This document shows positions 36,794 to 46,804 of a stretch of DNA of 64,000 bases, one piece after another (position 1 is the first letter of the stretch; each line of letters opens with the position of its first letter). The notes under the pieces were generated by a model. The model had not been told where the DNA came from and did no database searches. It saw only the letters and a list, made by a program, of their open reading frames with translations. This stretch comes from Spirochaetia bacterium (GTDB taxonomy: Bacteria; Spirochaetota; Spirochaetia; CAKZLE01), in NCBI GenBank assembly GCA_963677595.1, contig OY782041.1:2208001-2272000 (forward strand), read 5' to 3'. A program made the position numbers and the translations under genes.

Positions 36794-37840
36794 GTGAAGA
36801 AAGTTCTTGTTGTTGATGATGAAAAGAGTATTCGATTGACGTTAAAAGCCTTTCTCCAGAATGACGGGTATCAGGTGAGGATCGCAGAAGATGCTGATTC
36901 TGCCCTCGAGCAGATCAGGCAGGATCCGGCAGATATCGTCATCTCCGATATCATCCTTCCCAGAGTCACGGGAGTCGAACTGCTCAAGTCCATACATGCG
37001 ATCCACCCTGACACGCAGGTCATCATGATCACCGGAGAGCCTACCCTCGAATCTGCTTCAGAAGCAGTACGAAGCGGGGCCTGTGACTACCTGTTCAAGC
37101 CTGTCAGTAAGGTCAACCTTCTGCGGGCGGTGGCGACTGCCTCAAGGATCAAGGACCTGGAAGACCAGAACCATGCCTACCAGGAGAATCTGGAGAAGAT
37201 GGTTGCAGAACGTACCCGCCAGCTCCATGAGGCGATGGAGAGCGTCAAGCAGGCCTCCTTCGACACGGTGCTGAGACTTTCGAGAGCAGCGGAGTTCAAG
37301 GATGAGAATACCTTCAGCCACCTGATCCGCATGAGTGAGTACACTGCATTGCTTGCAGAAGTCAGCAACTGCTGTTCAGAGAATCTCGAAGCGGTAAAAT
37401 TCGCAGCATTGCTCCATGACATCGGGAAGATTGGGATCCCTGACCACATTCTATTGAAACCCGGGAAGCTGGATGCCGAGGAATGGCATATCATGAAGAA
37501 ACATGCAGAGTATGGTGACCATATCCTGGAAGGCGCAGACAGTGAGGTCTTGAAGATCGGCAGGGAGATCGCGCTAACGCACCACGAGAAATGGGATGGC
37601 ACGGGCTATCCGAAGGGATTGGCTGGTGAGGAGATCCCTGTCTTCGGGAGGATCGCGGCAATCGCGGATGTCTTCGATGCCCTTTCAACGAAACGTGTCT
37701 ATAAAGATGCGTTCAGTATTGAACAGTCCTTTGAGATACTCAAAGAGGGGCGGGGACAGCATTTCGATCCCCAGCTCGTTGATGCGTTCTTGCTATTACA
37801 GGACAGAGTCATTCAGATTTGGGAGGCCAATAAAGAATAA
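36794..37840 (+). CDS. Response regulator with HD-GYP c-di-GMP phosphodiesterase domain (RpfG-like)
   Basis: REC (VVDDE, ISDI..P, KP), HDIGKIGIPD, HHEKWDGTGYP; start uncertain (36779 or 36794). Confidence 0.93.
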   Translation: MKKVLVVDDEKSIRLTLKAFLQNDGYQVRIAEDADSALEQIRQDPADIVISDIILPRVTGVELLKSIHAIHPDTQVIMITGEPTLESASEAVRSGACDYLFKPVSKVNLLRAVATASRIKDLEDQNHAYQENLEKMVAERTRQLHEAMESVKQASFDTVLRLSRAAEFKDENTFSHLIRMSEYTALLAEVSNCCSENLEAVKFAALLHDIGKIGIPDHILLKPGKLDAEEWHIMKKHAEYGDHILEGADSEVLKIGREIALTHHEKWDGTGYPKGLAGEEIPVFGRIAAIADVFDALSTKRVYKDAFSIEQSFEILKEGRGQHFDPQLVDAFLLLQDRVIQIWEANKE

Positions 37841-37926
37841 CCTGACTGTATGAGGAAGCATGAGAAAGAACGATTCCATACGATAGGATTATACAGTTAA
37901 AGCATACTTTGTGGGGAGGTCATGCA

Positions 37927-39078
37927 ATGGAACGAAATTATATCAATCGAAACGAGTACGATGCAGACAGACAGAGAGGATCCAGACATCAGTTTGTCCG
38001 GATCGTCCTGGTCGTTCTGATTCTCTCTATGGTTTTAATGAGCTTCACCAGCTGCAAGGAAGAGGATCCTATAAAGATCGGCGTCATCATCTCCCAGAGC
38101 GGGGCAGGGGGACACCTCTCAGCTGCCCTGGATGCGATCAAGCTTGCAGCGGAAGAGATCAATGAGTCCGGGGGGATCCAGCAGCGGCTGATCGAGGTGT
38201 ACAGTACCGATAACGAGACTGACCCGGAGTTGGCGGTAAAGCAGTTCCAGGAGATGGAGAAGGACATCGCCCCCGATATCTATATCACGGGCTTGAGTTC
38301 CATCTCGACTCAGCTCATTCCCCTTGCAGAGGCGGCAGAGGTCCCGATCTTATGCATCGTGACGGCAATGGAGGATCTCACCAAATCCAAGGAATGGGCT
38401 TTTCGATTCTATTCCATGGCGAGCAATGAAGTAGCTCCCATCATGGACTCTTTGAGGGAATACAACATCAAGGACCTGGGAATAGTCCACTCGGATGACG
38501 AGTATGGGATGTCTGTCTTCAACCTGCTCTCTGCAGCTTGCGAGGAAGAAGGGATCTCTGTCGCTGACGAGTCCTTCAAGAACGGGGCTACCGACCTCTC
38601 CGAGCAGGTGGGGAATCTCGCTGATAAGGAAGGTATCTATGTGATAGGCCTTGTCTCGGCTATGCCTGTGGCGGTCGACGCATTCACGGAGACCGGGTAC
38701 CAGGGGTACCGGCTGGCGACAAGTGCCGCCTGCAGCCCGGGCCTGCTCTCGCTGCCGGCTGCAGAAGGGATGATCGTTGCTGCGCCCGTCATCTATAATA
38801 AGAATTTCTCACTTGCAGAGACACTCAATGAGAAATATATGCAGGCATATGGGGCAAAGCCGACTCAACAGGTAGCCACAGGCTATGAAGCGATCAAGAT
38901 CCTTGCAGGGCTCCTGCAGGACGGGGAGATCACACGGGAATCAATCAAGGAGAAACTTGCATTGGGGTTCGTCTATACCGGGGCTTTGGGCAGTATCTCA
39001 GTCAAGAGAGGTGAGCATGATTTCACCTTCCCGCTCTACCCGGCCCGAATCGAGGAAGGAGTCATCGTATATGAATAG
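37927..39078 (+). CDS. Periplasmic binding protein (branched-chain amino acid/LivJ type), probable lipoprotein
   Basis: Hydrophobic stretch plus FTSC lipobox-like motif, IKIGVI..SG, A.EEIN..GGI, DEYG; overlaps the kinase start by 8 nt. Confidence 0.85.
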   Translation: MERNYINRNEYDADRQRGSRHQFVRIVLVVLILSMVLMSFTSCKEEDPIKIGVIISQSGAGGHLSAALDAIKLAAEEINESGGIQQRLIEVYSTDNETDPELAVKQFQEMEKDIAPDIYITGLSSISTQLIPLAEAAEVPILCIVTAMEDLTKSKEWAFRFYSMASNEVAPIMDSLREYNIKDLGIVHSDDEYGMSVFNLLSAACEEEGISVADESFKNGATDLSEQVGNLADKEGIYVIGLVSAMPVAVDAFTETGYQGYRLATSAACSPGLLSLPAAEGMIVAAPVIYNKNFSLAETLNEKYMQAYGAKPTQQVATGYEAIKILAGLLQDGEITRESIKEKLALGFVYTGALGSISVKRGEHDFTFPLYPARIEEGVIVYE

Positions 39079-42000
39079 GAAAAAGACCTGGAATATAAAT
39101 GTGAGACTCTTTTCCGGATTTCTCCTTTTCTGCATCCTGCTCGCAGGCATAGGGTACTATACGACGAGAGTCGCGATGTCCACGCTGGCTCATCATGTTG
39201 ATGAAAACTCCCTATTCCTGGTCGAGAAGATACATTCAGACTTTTCCTACGAGATTGAGAGAAAGCGACGGATGCTGTTCCTGTATGTTGAAGGTTCTAA
39301 GATCTGGGAAGCAGCAGACCCCGGGGCAAGGCTGAACGAAGAGCTCCTGGATGGTGTGGAGAAAGAGTTTGGACTCAGGATCTTCGACCGGGCGATCCTC
39401 ACCGACAGCGAAGGGAACTGTATCGCCGACACGAGAGGTGAGATCAACGGCAACCTGTCTGCTGAGGACTGGTGGCAGGAAACTAAGCGGCTGGGCTACT
39501 ATGAAGATGTCGTTCAGGAGAATCTGAATGACATGAATGTCTATTTCCCTCTTTCTGTCAGCATGCATGATGAGAACAATCTATTCGTAGGGAACCTCAT
39601 GGTAAGTATCGACCTGAGTGTGTTCACCCAGCAGATGGCCTCCTCGAATCTCCCACACAAGACGAGCCAGATCCGGATCATCAACTCTTCGGGGGAACTC
39701 CTGTTCTCGACGAACCCCTATGCTCCGTTTACCGATATAACCCAGAAGGACCTCTGGACAGGATTGCAGGTGGACGATGGGGGCTCCTTTATCGAAGAGG
39801 AATCAGGCTTCACAAAGTCTTTTGCCTACTCGAGACTTGATACTACCCACAGGGCCGAGTCCTGGTACTTCCTGGTGGACAGCCATATGGATGAGGTCTT
39901 CAAGTCAGCACAGGACCTCCAGAGGACGAACTACATCATTCTGGGGATCGTGATCTTCCTCGGGCTGGTCATGGCCTACTTCATCTCCAGGTCAATCACG
40001 AAACCGTTATCAAGGTTGAAGGACATCGTCCAGGAGGTCGGGACGGAGAACCTCCACATACGGACGGGTATCCAGCGCAGTGATGAAGTCGGGCTCATCG
40101 CGGAGTCCTTCGATTCGATGATGGGGATCCTCGAGGAACAGACGGAATCCCTGAAGAGCCAGAACTGGAAGGAGAACGGCCAGAACAGGCTTGGTAAAGT
40201 CATGCGCGATGCTCCTGACATGGGGACACTCTGCACAAAGACGCTCTCAGAGCTTGCAGGGCTCCTCGATGCATCGATCGGGGCAGCCTTCATATTGGAG
40301 CAGGATGTGCTGAGGCAGGCAGGGACCTATGCCTACTTGAAAGGAGCGGATACTCCGGAGGCCTGGGCCCTCGGTGAAGGGTTCGTCGGTCAGGCTGCCC
40401 GCCAGAAGGAGCTCATCGTTATTGAGGACCTGCCGTCTGATTACCTGTTCGTCGGATCGTCGGTCGGAAAGGGGACGCCTGCCTGCGTCATAGAGGTCCC
40501 GGTCGTGTTCAATGACGAGCTGAAGGGAGTCCTGGAGCTTGGTTTCAATGAGCCCGTGGATGAACTTAAGAGACAGCTTCTCATGCTTGCGGCCAAGGAC
40601 CTGGCGATCGCGATCGACAACCTGCAGCGGATAGAGACCGAACGGGAACTGCTGAGGATGACAGAGGACCAGAGACAGGAACTGCTTACCCAGCAGGAGG
40701 AGCTCCGGGTCACGAACGAGGAACTCGAGGAGCAGACTGAGCGGCTGAGGATATCGGAAGAACACCTGCGGAAGCAGCAGTCAGAACTTGAAGTTGCCAA
40801 TACCGAACTTGAGGAGAAGAATTTCGCCCTGAATGAGAAGCAGAAGATCGTCGAGCATGCCAGTCATGAACTCGAGAGGAAGGCAGAGGAACTCGTGCAG
40901 GCCAGTAAATATAAATCAGAGTTCCTGTCCAATATGTCCCACGAGCTGAGGACCCCGCTCAACAGCCTCCTCCTGCTCGCGCAGGAGCTGATGAACAACG
41001 AGGAGAAGAATCTTTCCGAGGAACAGATCGAATCTGCCGGGATCATCTACCATGGCGGCAGGGAGCTGCTCTCCCTCATCAACCAGATCCTCGATCTGTC
41101 AAAGATAGAGGCAGGGAAGATGGAGGTCTATCCCGAGACGATCATCGTCGAGGACTTCAAGAGGATCCTGAAGAATGACTTCGAGTTAACCACGAAGAAT
41201 AAGGAGATCGATTTCATCGTTGACGTAAAAAGGAATGCCCCGAAGAAGATCCATAATGATCATCTGAAGATCGAGCAGATTCTGAGGAACCTGGTTGGGA
41301 ATGCGATCAAGTTCACGAAGGATGGTGAGATCCGGGTGACCTTCTCAGGCAGACAGCAGGGGGGTGATAAGATGCTTGTCATCGATGTATCCGATACCGG
41401 TATCGGTATCCCCGAAACACTGCAGGAGGAGATTTTCTCAGCCTTCCATCAGGGTTCCAGCGGAACATCCCGCCAGTATGGGGGGACCGGTCTCGGGCTG
41501 ACCATCACCAGGGAGCTGGTCACCCTGATCGGCGGGACGATCACGATGGAGAGCCTCCCGGAAGAGGGGACCACGTTCACGGTCTGTATACCCGTCACCC
41601 TGCACAATGCAGAGGATGCAGGCGTCAAGAGCGTCCAAAATGAGATAGAACAGCCAGCTGAACAGGGGTCCTCCCCCACATCTCCGGGTCAGGCTGTGAG
41701 TATTGCCGATGACCTGCTGGATGATGTCAGGGCTTTCGATACCACCGCACCGGTACAGGACGACAGGGATTCCCTGAATCCTGATGTACAGACGATCCTG
41801 GTGGTGGAGGATGACCTGGATTTCCTCAAGACTGTCATGAAGAACTGCAGGGCGAAGGGCTACAACTGCATAGGAGAGACCTCGGGGAACCGGGTGCTCG
41901 AATGTGTCAGGACCTATAAGCCTGACGGGATCATCCTGGACCTTCATCTTCCGGGGATGAGCGGGTATGAGATCCTCGACCTGCTGAAGGAGGATACCGA

Positions 42001-42961
42001 CCTTCGTCATATCCCCGTCCATATCATGTCGGTCGATCAACCTTCCCTGCAGGTGTTCAAGCAGGGAGCGATCGGGTTCCTCTCAAAACCGGTAAGCAAG
42101 GAGAGCCTCGATGATGCGATACAGAAGGTCGTCTCATACACCGATGATAAGAAGCGACGGATCCTCATCATCGAGGATGACAGGGAGACCGCTTCACATC
42201 TCGTCTCCCTGCTCACAAGCAGCAATGTCGATGCTGATACTGCCTGTACCGGTGCTGCTGCGGTTCAGATGGCTTCTACTCATGACTATGACTGTCTTGT
42301 CCTCGATCTTGGCCTTCCCGATATGGATGGGCTCGAGGTGATCACGCGAATCGAGGAGTTGAAGAGCAGACAGGATATACCTCCTGTCATCATCTATACA
42401 GCCCAGGATGTCACCGACAAGGAGCTGCTGAGCCTGACAGAATCCCCGCAGTCAGTGATCATCAAGGATGCCCATTCAGAGGAGCGGCTCCTTGATGAGG
42501 TGACACTGTTCCTCCACCAGGTCGTTGAGAGCCTCGAACCCAAGAAACGCCAGGTGATCACGGACCTGCACAATCAGGATTCGATCTTCATGGACCGGAG
42601 GATTCTCGTGACCGATGATGATATGAGGACCCTCTTCGCAATCTCGAAACTGCTGAGGAAGCATGGCATGGATGTCACGAAGGCAGAGTCTGGGAAGAAG
42701 GCTCTGTCACTGCTTGAAGCTGACCATGATTACGACTTGGTCCTCATGGATATCATGATGCCGGAGATGGATGGGATCGAGACGATACACAGGATACGGG
42801 GATTGGAACACTGTAAGGGACTTCCGATTATCGCCTTGACAGCAAAGGCCATGAAAGGGGATCGGGAGAAGTGCATCCAGGCCGGGGCCAGTGATTACCT
42901 GTCAAAGCCGGTCGATATGAAGCGGCTCCTGTCGCTCATGAAGGTCTGGCTCTATCGCTGA
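39071..42961 (+). CDS. Hybrid sensor histidine kinase: TM-Cache-like-TM-HAMP-GAF-coiled coil-HisKA-HATPase-3xREC
   Basis: FLSNMSHELRTPLN, NAIKFT, DTGIG, GGTGLGL, three REC domains (VEDD/DLHLP, IEDD/DLGLP, TDDD/DIMMP); real start probably ATG 39071. Confidence 0.93.
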   Translation: MNRKKTWNINVRLFSGFLLFCILLAGIGYYTTRVAMSTLAHHVDENSLFLVEKIHSDFSYEIERKRRMLFLYVEGSKIWEAADPGARLNEELLDGVEKEFGLRIFDRAILTDSEGNCIADTRGEINGNLSAEDWWQETKRLGYYEDVVQENLNDMNVYFPLSVSMHDENNLFVGNLMVSIDLSVFTQQMASSNLPHKTSQIRIINSSGELLFSTNPYAPFTDITQKDLWTGLQVDDGGSFIEEESGFTKSFAYSRLDTTHRAESWYFLVDSHMDEVFKSAQDLQRTNYIILGIVIFLGLVMAYFISRSITKPLSRLKDIVQEVGTENLHIRTGIQRSDEVGLIAESFDSMMGILEEQTESLKSQNWKENGQNRLGKVMRDAPDMGTLCTKTLSELAGLLDASIGAAFILEQDVLRQAGTYAYLKGADTPEAWALGEGFVGQAARQKELIVIEDLPSDYLFVGSSVGKGTPACVIEVPVVFNDELKGVLELGFNEPVDELKRQLLMLAAKDLAIAIDNLQRIETERELLRMTEDQRQELLTQQEELRVTNEELEEQTERLRISEEHLRKQQSELEVANTELEEKNFALNEKQKIVEHASHELERKAEELVQASKYKSEFLSNMSHELRTPLNSLLLLAQELMNNEEKNLSEEQIESAGIIYHGGRELLSLINQILDLSKIEAGKMEVYPETIIVEDFKRILKNDFELTTKNKEIDFIVDVKRNAPKKIHNDHLKIEQILRNLVGNAIKFTKDGEIRVTFSGRQQGGDKMLVIDVSDTGIGIPETLQEEIFSAFHQGSSGTSRQYGGTGLGLTITRELVTLIGGTITMESLPEEGTTFTVCIPVTLHNAEDAGVKSVQNEIEQPAEQGSSPTSPGQAVSIADDLLDDVRAFDTTAPVQDDRDSLNPDVQTILVVEDDLDFLKTVMKNCRAKGYNCIGETSGNRVLECVRTYKPDGIILDLHLPGMSGYEILDLLKEDTDLRHIPVHIMSVDQPSLQVFKQGAIGFLSKPVSKESLDDAIQKVVSYTDDKKRRILIIEDDRETASHLVSLLTSSNVDADTACTGAAAVQMASTHDYDCLVLDLGLPDMDGLEVITRIEELKSRQDIPPVIIYTAQDVTDKELLSLTESPQSVIIKDAHSEERLLDEVTLFLHQVVESLEPKKRQVITDLHNQDSIFMDRRILVTDDDMRTLFAISKLLRKHGMDVTKAESGKKALSLLEADHDYDLVLMDIMMPEMDGIETIHRIRGLEHCKGLPIIALTAKAMKGDREKCIQAGASDYLSKPVDMKRLLSLMKVWLYR

Positions 42962-42999
42962 CGGACATCCCGGGGTGACCGGGACCAGGAGAATGGGAT

Positions 43000-43848
43000 T
43001 TGCAGAAGAGTAAGCACGATCAGGAAGAGATGGAACTCAAGCTTCTCCTCAATGGGGTATACGAACAGTATGGCTATGACTTCCGCTCCTATACCCAGGC
43101 CTCGATCATGCGCAGGGTCAAGAACTTCATGCAGGACCGCGGGTTCCTCCATATCTCAGAATGCATCCCTTCGGTCCTCCATGATGATGAGGCCCTCTCG
43201 GATTTCGTCCAGTATATATCGGTCCCTGTTTCCGAGATGTTCCGGGACCCAGCCGTCTATCGGGAACTTCGGGAGAACATCTTCCCTCGCCTGAGGACTT
43301 ATCCCCATATTAAGATCTGGTCAGCCGGCTGTGCGACGGGGGAAGAGGCGTATTCCCTTGCGATCATGGCGGTGGAAGAAGGCCTGGAGCAGAAGGTGAC
43401 GATCTATGGGACGGATTTCAATGACAAGGTGCTTGATACCGCAAGAAAAGGCATCTTCAACATCTCGCGGGTGAAGGAGTTCACCCAGAACTATATACAG
43501 TCAGGAGGAATGGAGGAGTTCTCCCGATACTACCATTCTGCCTACAACTCAGTCGTGATGAATGACAGGCTGAAGAAGCTCATCTTCTTCTCGAACCATA
43601 ACCTGGTGAGTGACTCAGCCTTCGGTGAGATGCAGCTGGTCCTCTGCCGGAATGTGCTCATCTATCTCAACCATGACCTGCAGGTAAAGGTGCTGCACCT
43701 GCTGACAGAGAGTCTCAACCATTGGGGATTCTTGTGTATCGGGACACATGAGAGCCTGAGGTTCAATTCCTACAGTGAATTTTACTCAATCATCGATGAG
43801 AAGAAGAAGATATTCCAGCGGGATAACTACCGGGGGATAGGCTCATGA
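43000..43848 (+). CDS. cheR: Protein-glutamate methyltransferase
   Basis: YGYDF, SEMFRDP, IWSAGCATGEEAYS, GTD, CRNVLIY. Confidence 0.93.
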   Translation: MQKSKHDQEEMELKLLLNGVYEQYGYDFRSYTQASIMRRVKNFMQDRGFLHISECIPSVLHDDEALSDFVQYISVPVSEMFRDPAVYRELRENIFPRLRTYPHIKIWSAGCATGEEAYSLAIMAVEEGLEQKVTIYGTDFNDKVLDTARKGIFNISRVKEFTQNYIQSGGMEEFSRYYHSAYNSVVMNDRLKKLIFFSNHNLVSDSAFGEMQLVLCRNVLIYLNHDLQVKVLHLLTESLNHWGFLCIGTHESLRFNSYSEFYSIIDEKKKIFQRDNYRGIGS

Positions 43849-44417
43849 GGCTCGTCGTGGTCGGGACTTCGATGGGAGGGATCGAGACTCTGTCTACCCT
43901 CCTTGGATCACTGCAGGCTGACTTTCCCCTGCCAGTCGCCGTCGTGCAGCATATGGGCAAAGGTGTGCAGGTGTCGTTGGCTGACCTGTTCAGGAGCAGG
44001 ACGAAGCTTCGGGTGTATGAGGGTGAGCCCCTACAGCCCCTGCAGCCTGGGTCAGTCTATCTGGCACCGGTCGATTACCATATGCTTATCGAGAAGGATA
44101 TGACGATCTCCCTCTCACTCGATGAGAAGGTGAACTATTCGAGGCCATCCATAGATGTCCTGTTCGAGAGTGCTGCATACTCGGTCGGGGCTGGCGTTAT
44201 CGGGGTTCTCCTGACGGGTGCAAGCAGGGACGGGGCTTTAGGTGTCAGGGCGATCAAGGAAGCCGGCGGGTTCGTGATCGTGGAATCGCCTGAGACCGCT
44301 ATCTGTTCCTTCATGCCCCGGAAGGCCCTTGAAGTGGTGAAAGCAGATTATGTACTGCCGGTCAACGAGATCGGCTCGCTTCTCTGCAGCCTGACAGGAG
44401 TGACTCATGAGCCGTGA
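43845..44417 (+). CDS. cheB: CheB methylesterase domain only (no REC)
   Basis: GTSMGG, VQH, YHM, RPSIDVLFES, LTGASRDG. Confidence 0.92.
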   Translation: MRLVVVGTSMGGIETLSTLLGSLQADFPLPVAVVQHMGKGVQVSLADLFRSRTKLRVYEGEPLQPLQPGSVYLAPVDYHMLIEKDMTISLSLDEKVNYSRPSIDVLFESAAYSVGAGVIGVLLTGASRDGALGVRAIKEAGGFVIVESPETAICSFMPRKALEVVKADYVLPVNEIGSLLCSLTGVTHEP

Positions 44418-46113
44418 CCAGAACATACTTATCGTTGATGATACTGTGGAGAACTTGGTGATCCTTGAACGGGTACTGAGAAGACTGCCGGTACAGATCA
44501 TAAAAGCATCGAGCGGGGAAGATGCCCTTAAAGCGGCTTTGAACAATAAGATTGCCCTTGCCCTCCTTGATGTGCAGATGCCGGGGATGGACGGCTATGA
44601 ACTTGCGAATCTCCTGCGTGACCAGGAGGAGTTCGCCAACCTTCCGATCATCTTCATCTCGGCGGTGTTCTCTGACGAGGAACATATATTCAAGGGGTAT
44701 GAATCAGGGGCGGTGGATTTCATCGTGAAGCCGTTCAACCCCGCGCATCTGTTAGCCAAGGTGCAGGTATTCCTGGACCTGAATGAGATGACCCTCGAGC
44801 TGGAGAATAAGGTACGGGAGCTCCAGGCCTCCGAGAACAGGTTCCAAACCCTCGTGAGGACCATCCCTGATATCGTGTACCGAATCAACCCGCAGGGAGA
44901 GTTTATCTTCGTCAATAAGGCGGTATCAATCCTCGGCTATGTGCCGGAAGAGCTGCTGGGAAAGCACTTCAGTACCATCATCCATCCTGATGATGTGATG
45001 AACGTAAGTCGAGACCTGGTCCTGGAACGGATGAAACGGGATTCACTTCCCGGCATCCCGTCACCCAAGCTCTTCGATGAGCGAAGGAATGGGAATCGGG
45101 CTACCTATGAGCTTGAGCTGCGCCTGGTAGGCAGGCAGCAGGCTGCCAGGGAGGAGATCTTCGTTGAGGTAAGCAGCTCCGGGATCCATCACTATACGTT
45201 CAAGGGGAAGCATCTTTCCTTCCTCGGGTCTGTAGGGGTCATCCGTGATATCTCAGCCAGGAAGAGGACTGAAGACGAACTGAACAACTACCGTGAGAAC
45301 CTTGAACTGCTCGTGGAAGAACGCACCCGGAAGCTGGAGATCGAGACGAAAGAGCATTATGAATCAGATCAGGAACGGCAACGGTTAGAGGCTATGCTCA
45401 TGCAGCAGCAGAGGCTGGAATCCATCGGTACGCTGGCCGGCGGAGTAGCCCATGAGATCAACAACCCGATAAACGGCATCATGAACTATGCCCAGCTGAT
45501 CGTCGATATGGTGGATGACGAGGAAGGGACCGAGTTCGCCAGAGCGATCATCGAGGAGACAGAACGGGTCGCCAAGATCGTACGGAACCTCCTGCAGTTT
45601 GCCAGGGCTGACAACAAGAGCATCATGGAGCAAACGCCTCCTTCTGAGATGATCAACTATGTGGTGACCCTGGTGAAGACGATCATGCGCCATGACCAGA
45701 TCACGCTGGTCATCGATGACGTTCACGGGGACCTGCCCGAGATCTCCTGCCAGCGCAACGAGATCGAGCAGGTCCTGATGAATCTCATGACGAATGCCTG
45801 CGATGCACTCAACAGCCGGTATCCCGGTTATGACGAGAACAAGGTGATCCGTGTGTCGGCTGAGGAGGGGGTCCTGGACGGGAAGCCTTCGATGGTGTTC
45901 TGCATCGAGGACCATGGTACCGGTATCACGGAGAATGCGCTCCAGCATATCTTCGAACCGTTCTTCACCACGAAGGACCGTACCAAGGGGACAGGCCTGG
46001 GGCTTTCCATCAGCCATGGGATAGTCAAGAAGCATCATGGGGAGCTGCGGGTCGAGACAGAACTGGGGAATTATACCAGGTTCCTCTTGGAATTGCCTGT
46101 AGAGCAGGGATAA
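44407..46113 (+). CDS. Cytoplasmic REC-PAS-histidine kinase
   Basis: IVDD/DVQMP REC, PAS (IHPDD), AHEINNP, NACDA, PFFTTK..GTGLGL. Confidence 0.92.
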   Translation: MSRDQNILIVDDTVENLVILERVLRRLPVQIIKASSGEDALKAALNNKIALALLDVQMPGMDGYELANLLRDQEEFANLPIIFISAVFSDEEHIFKGYESGAVDFIVKPFNPAHLLAKVQVFLDLNEMTLELENKVRELQASENRFQTLVRTIPDIVYRINPQGEFIFVNKAVSILGYVPEELLGKHFSTIIHPDDVMNVSRDLVLERMKRDSLPGIPSPKLFDERRNGNRATYELELRLVGRQQAAREEIFVEVSSSGIHHYTFKGKHLSFLGSVGVIRDISARKRTEDELNNYRENLELLVEERTRKLEIETKEHYESDQERQRLEAMLMQQQRLESIGTLAGGVAHEINNPINGIMNYAQLIVDMVDDEEGTEFARAIIEETERVAKIVRNLLQFARADNKSIMEQTPPSEMINYVVTLVKTIMRHDQITLVIDDVHGDLPEISCQRNEIEQVLMNLMTNACDALNSRYPGYDENKVIRVSAEEGVLDGKPSMVFCIEDHGTGITENALQHIFEPFFTTKDRTKGTGLGLSISHGIVKKHHGELRVETELGNYTRFLLELPVEQG

Positions 46114-46189
46114 GACTATATCGGTGCAGCAGAAAAAATGCTGATGTGTGCAGTGATGTGAATGAACAGGCAAGAAGGAGAAAGATCCT

Positions 46190-46720
46190 ATGATCTTGAG
46201 AAAATGCAGTATTTGCCAGGCTGAACTTGGCCCGCCGTTGGAACCGGAGGTCCCTGAAATACATATCTCCCATGGGATCTGCCGGGATTGCCTGGATGGG
46301 TATCTTAAGGGGGCGGGGATGCCTATGGAAGAGTTCCTTAATGAGCTTCCTGTCCCGATCTTCGTCGTGGATGGGGACGGCAGGGTCCAGGGAGCGAACC
46401 TGCTCGGCAGAGAGACCGTCTCGAAGGACCTCGACCAGATAGCAGGATATCTTGGCGGCGAGGTGTTCCAATGCCATTATGCGACGCTTCCCGGTGGATG
46501 CGGCCAAACACTTCACTGTAAGAGCTGTGTGATCAGGAATACGGTCATGAAGACCTATGAGACGGGGGAGGCCTGTATCAGGGTACCGGCCTGCCAGGAT
46601 CTGGATACGTTCGAAGGCCCAAGAACGATCCGGTTTCTTATCTCTTCTGAGAAGGCCGAGGATGTGGTACTCCTGTTCATAGACGACATGAAGCCGCTTG
46701 CTGACCAGGAAGGGTCATAG
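46190..46720 (+). CDS. Small Cys-rich PAS-like protein
   Basis: CSIC...SHGICRDC, P.PIFVVD..GRV..AN, C..A....GCG....C..C.IR; AAGGAG RBS. Confidence 0.75.
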   Translation: MILRKCSICQAELGPPLEPEVPEIHISHGICRDCLDGYLKGAGMPMEEFLNELPVPIFVVDGDGRVQGANLLGRETVSKDLDQIAGYLGGEVFQCHYATLPGGCGQTLHCKSCVIRNTVMKTYETGEACIRVPACQDLDTFEGPRTIRFLISSEKAEDVVLLFIDDMKPLADQEGS

Positions 46721-46804
46721 GGACCCTACAAGCAATCAACATCTACCAGGGAACCATGAGAATAAGTACAGACTGCCAATTCCATAGTACGATTGAGGTG
46801 ATGC

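Noticed and set aside
38885-39070. N-terminal 62-aa extension of the hybrid kinase in the ORF track
   Set aside because: It overlaps the SBP coding region; ATG 39071, just before the first TM helix, is more plausible
43000-44417. Canonical chemotaxis operon
   Set aside because: No cheA, cheW, cheY or MCP is present, and CheB lacks its REC domain
45385-46173. Long antisense or overlapping ORFs (e.g. 45385-46173, 47197-48048, 33595-34296, 28459-29157, 19422-20063, 9055-9669)
   Set aside because: They lie opposite well-supported genes and show no recognisable motifs; they are typical shadow ORFs
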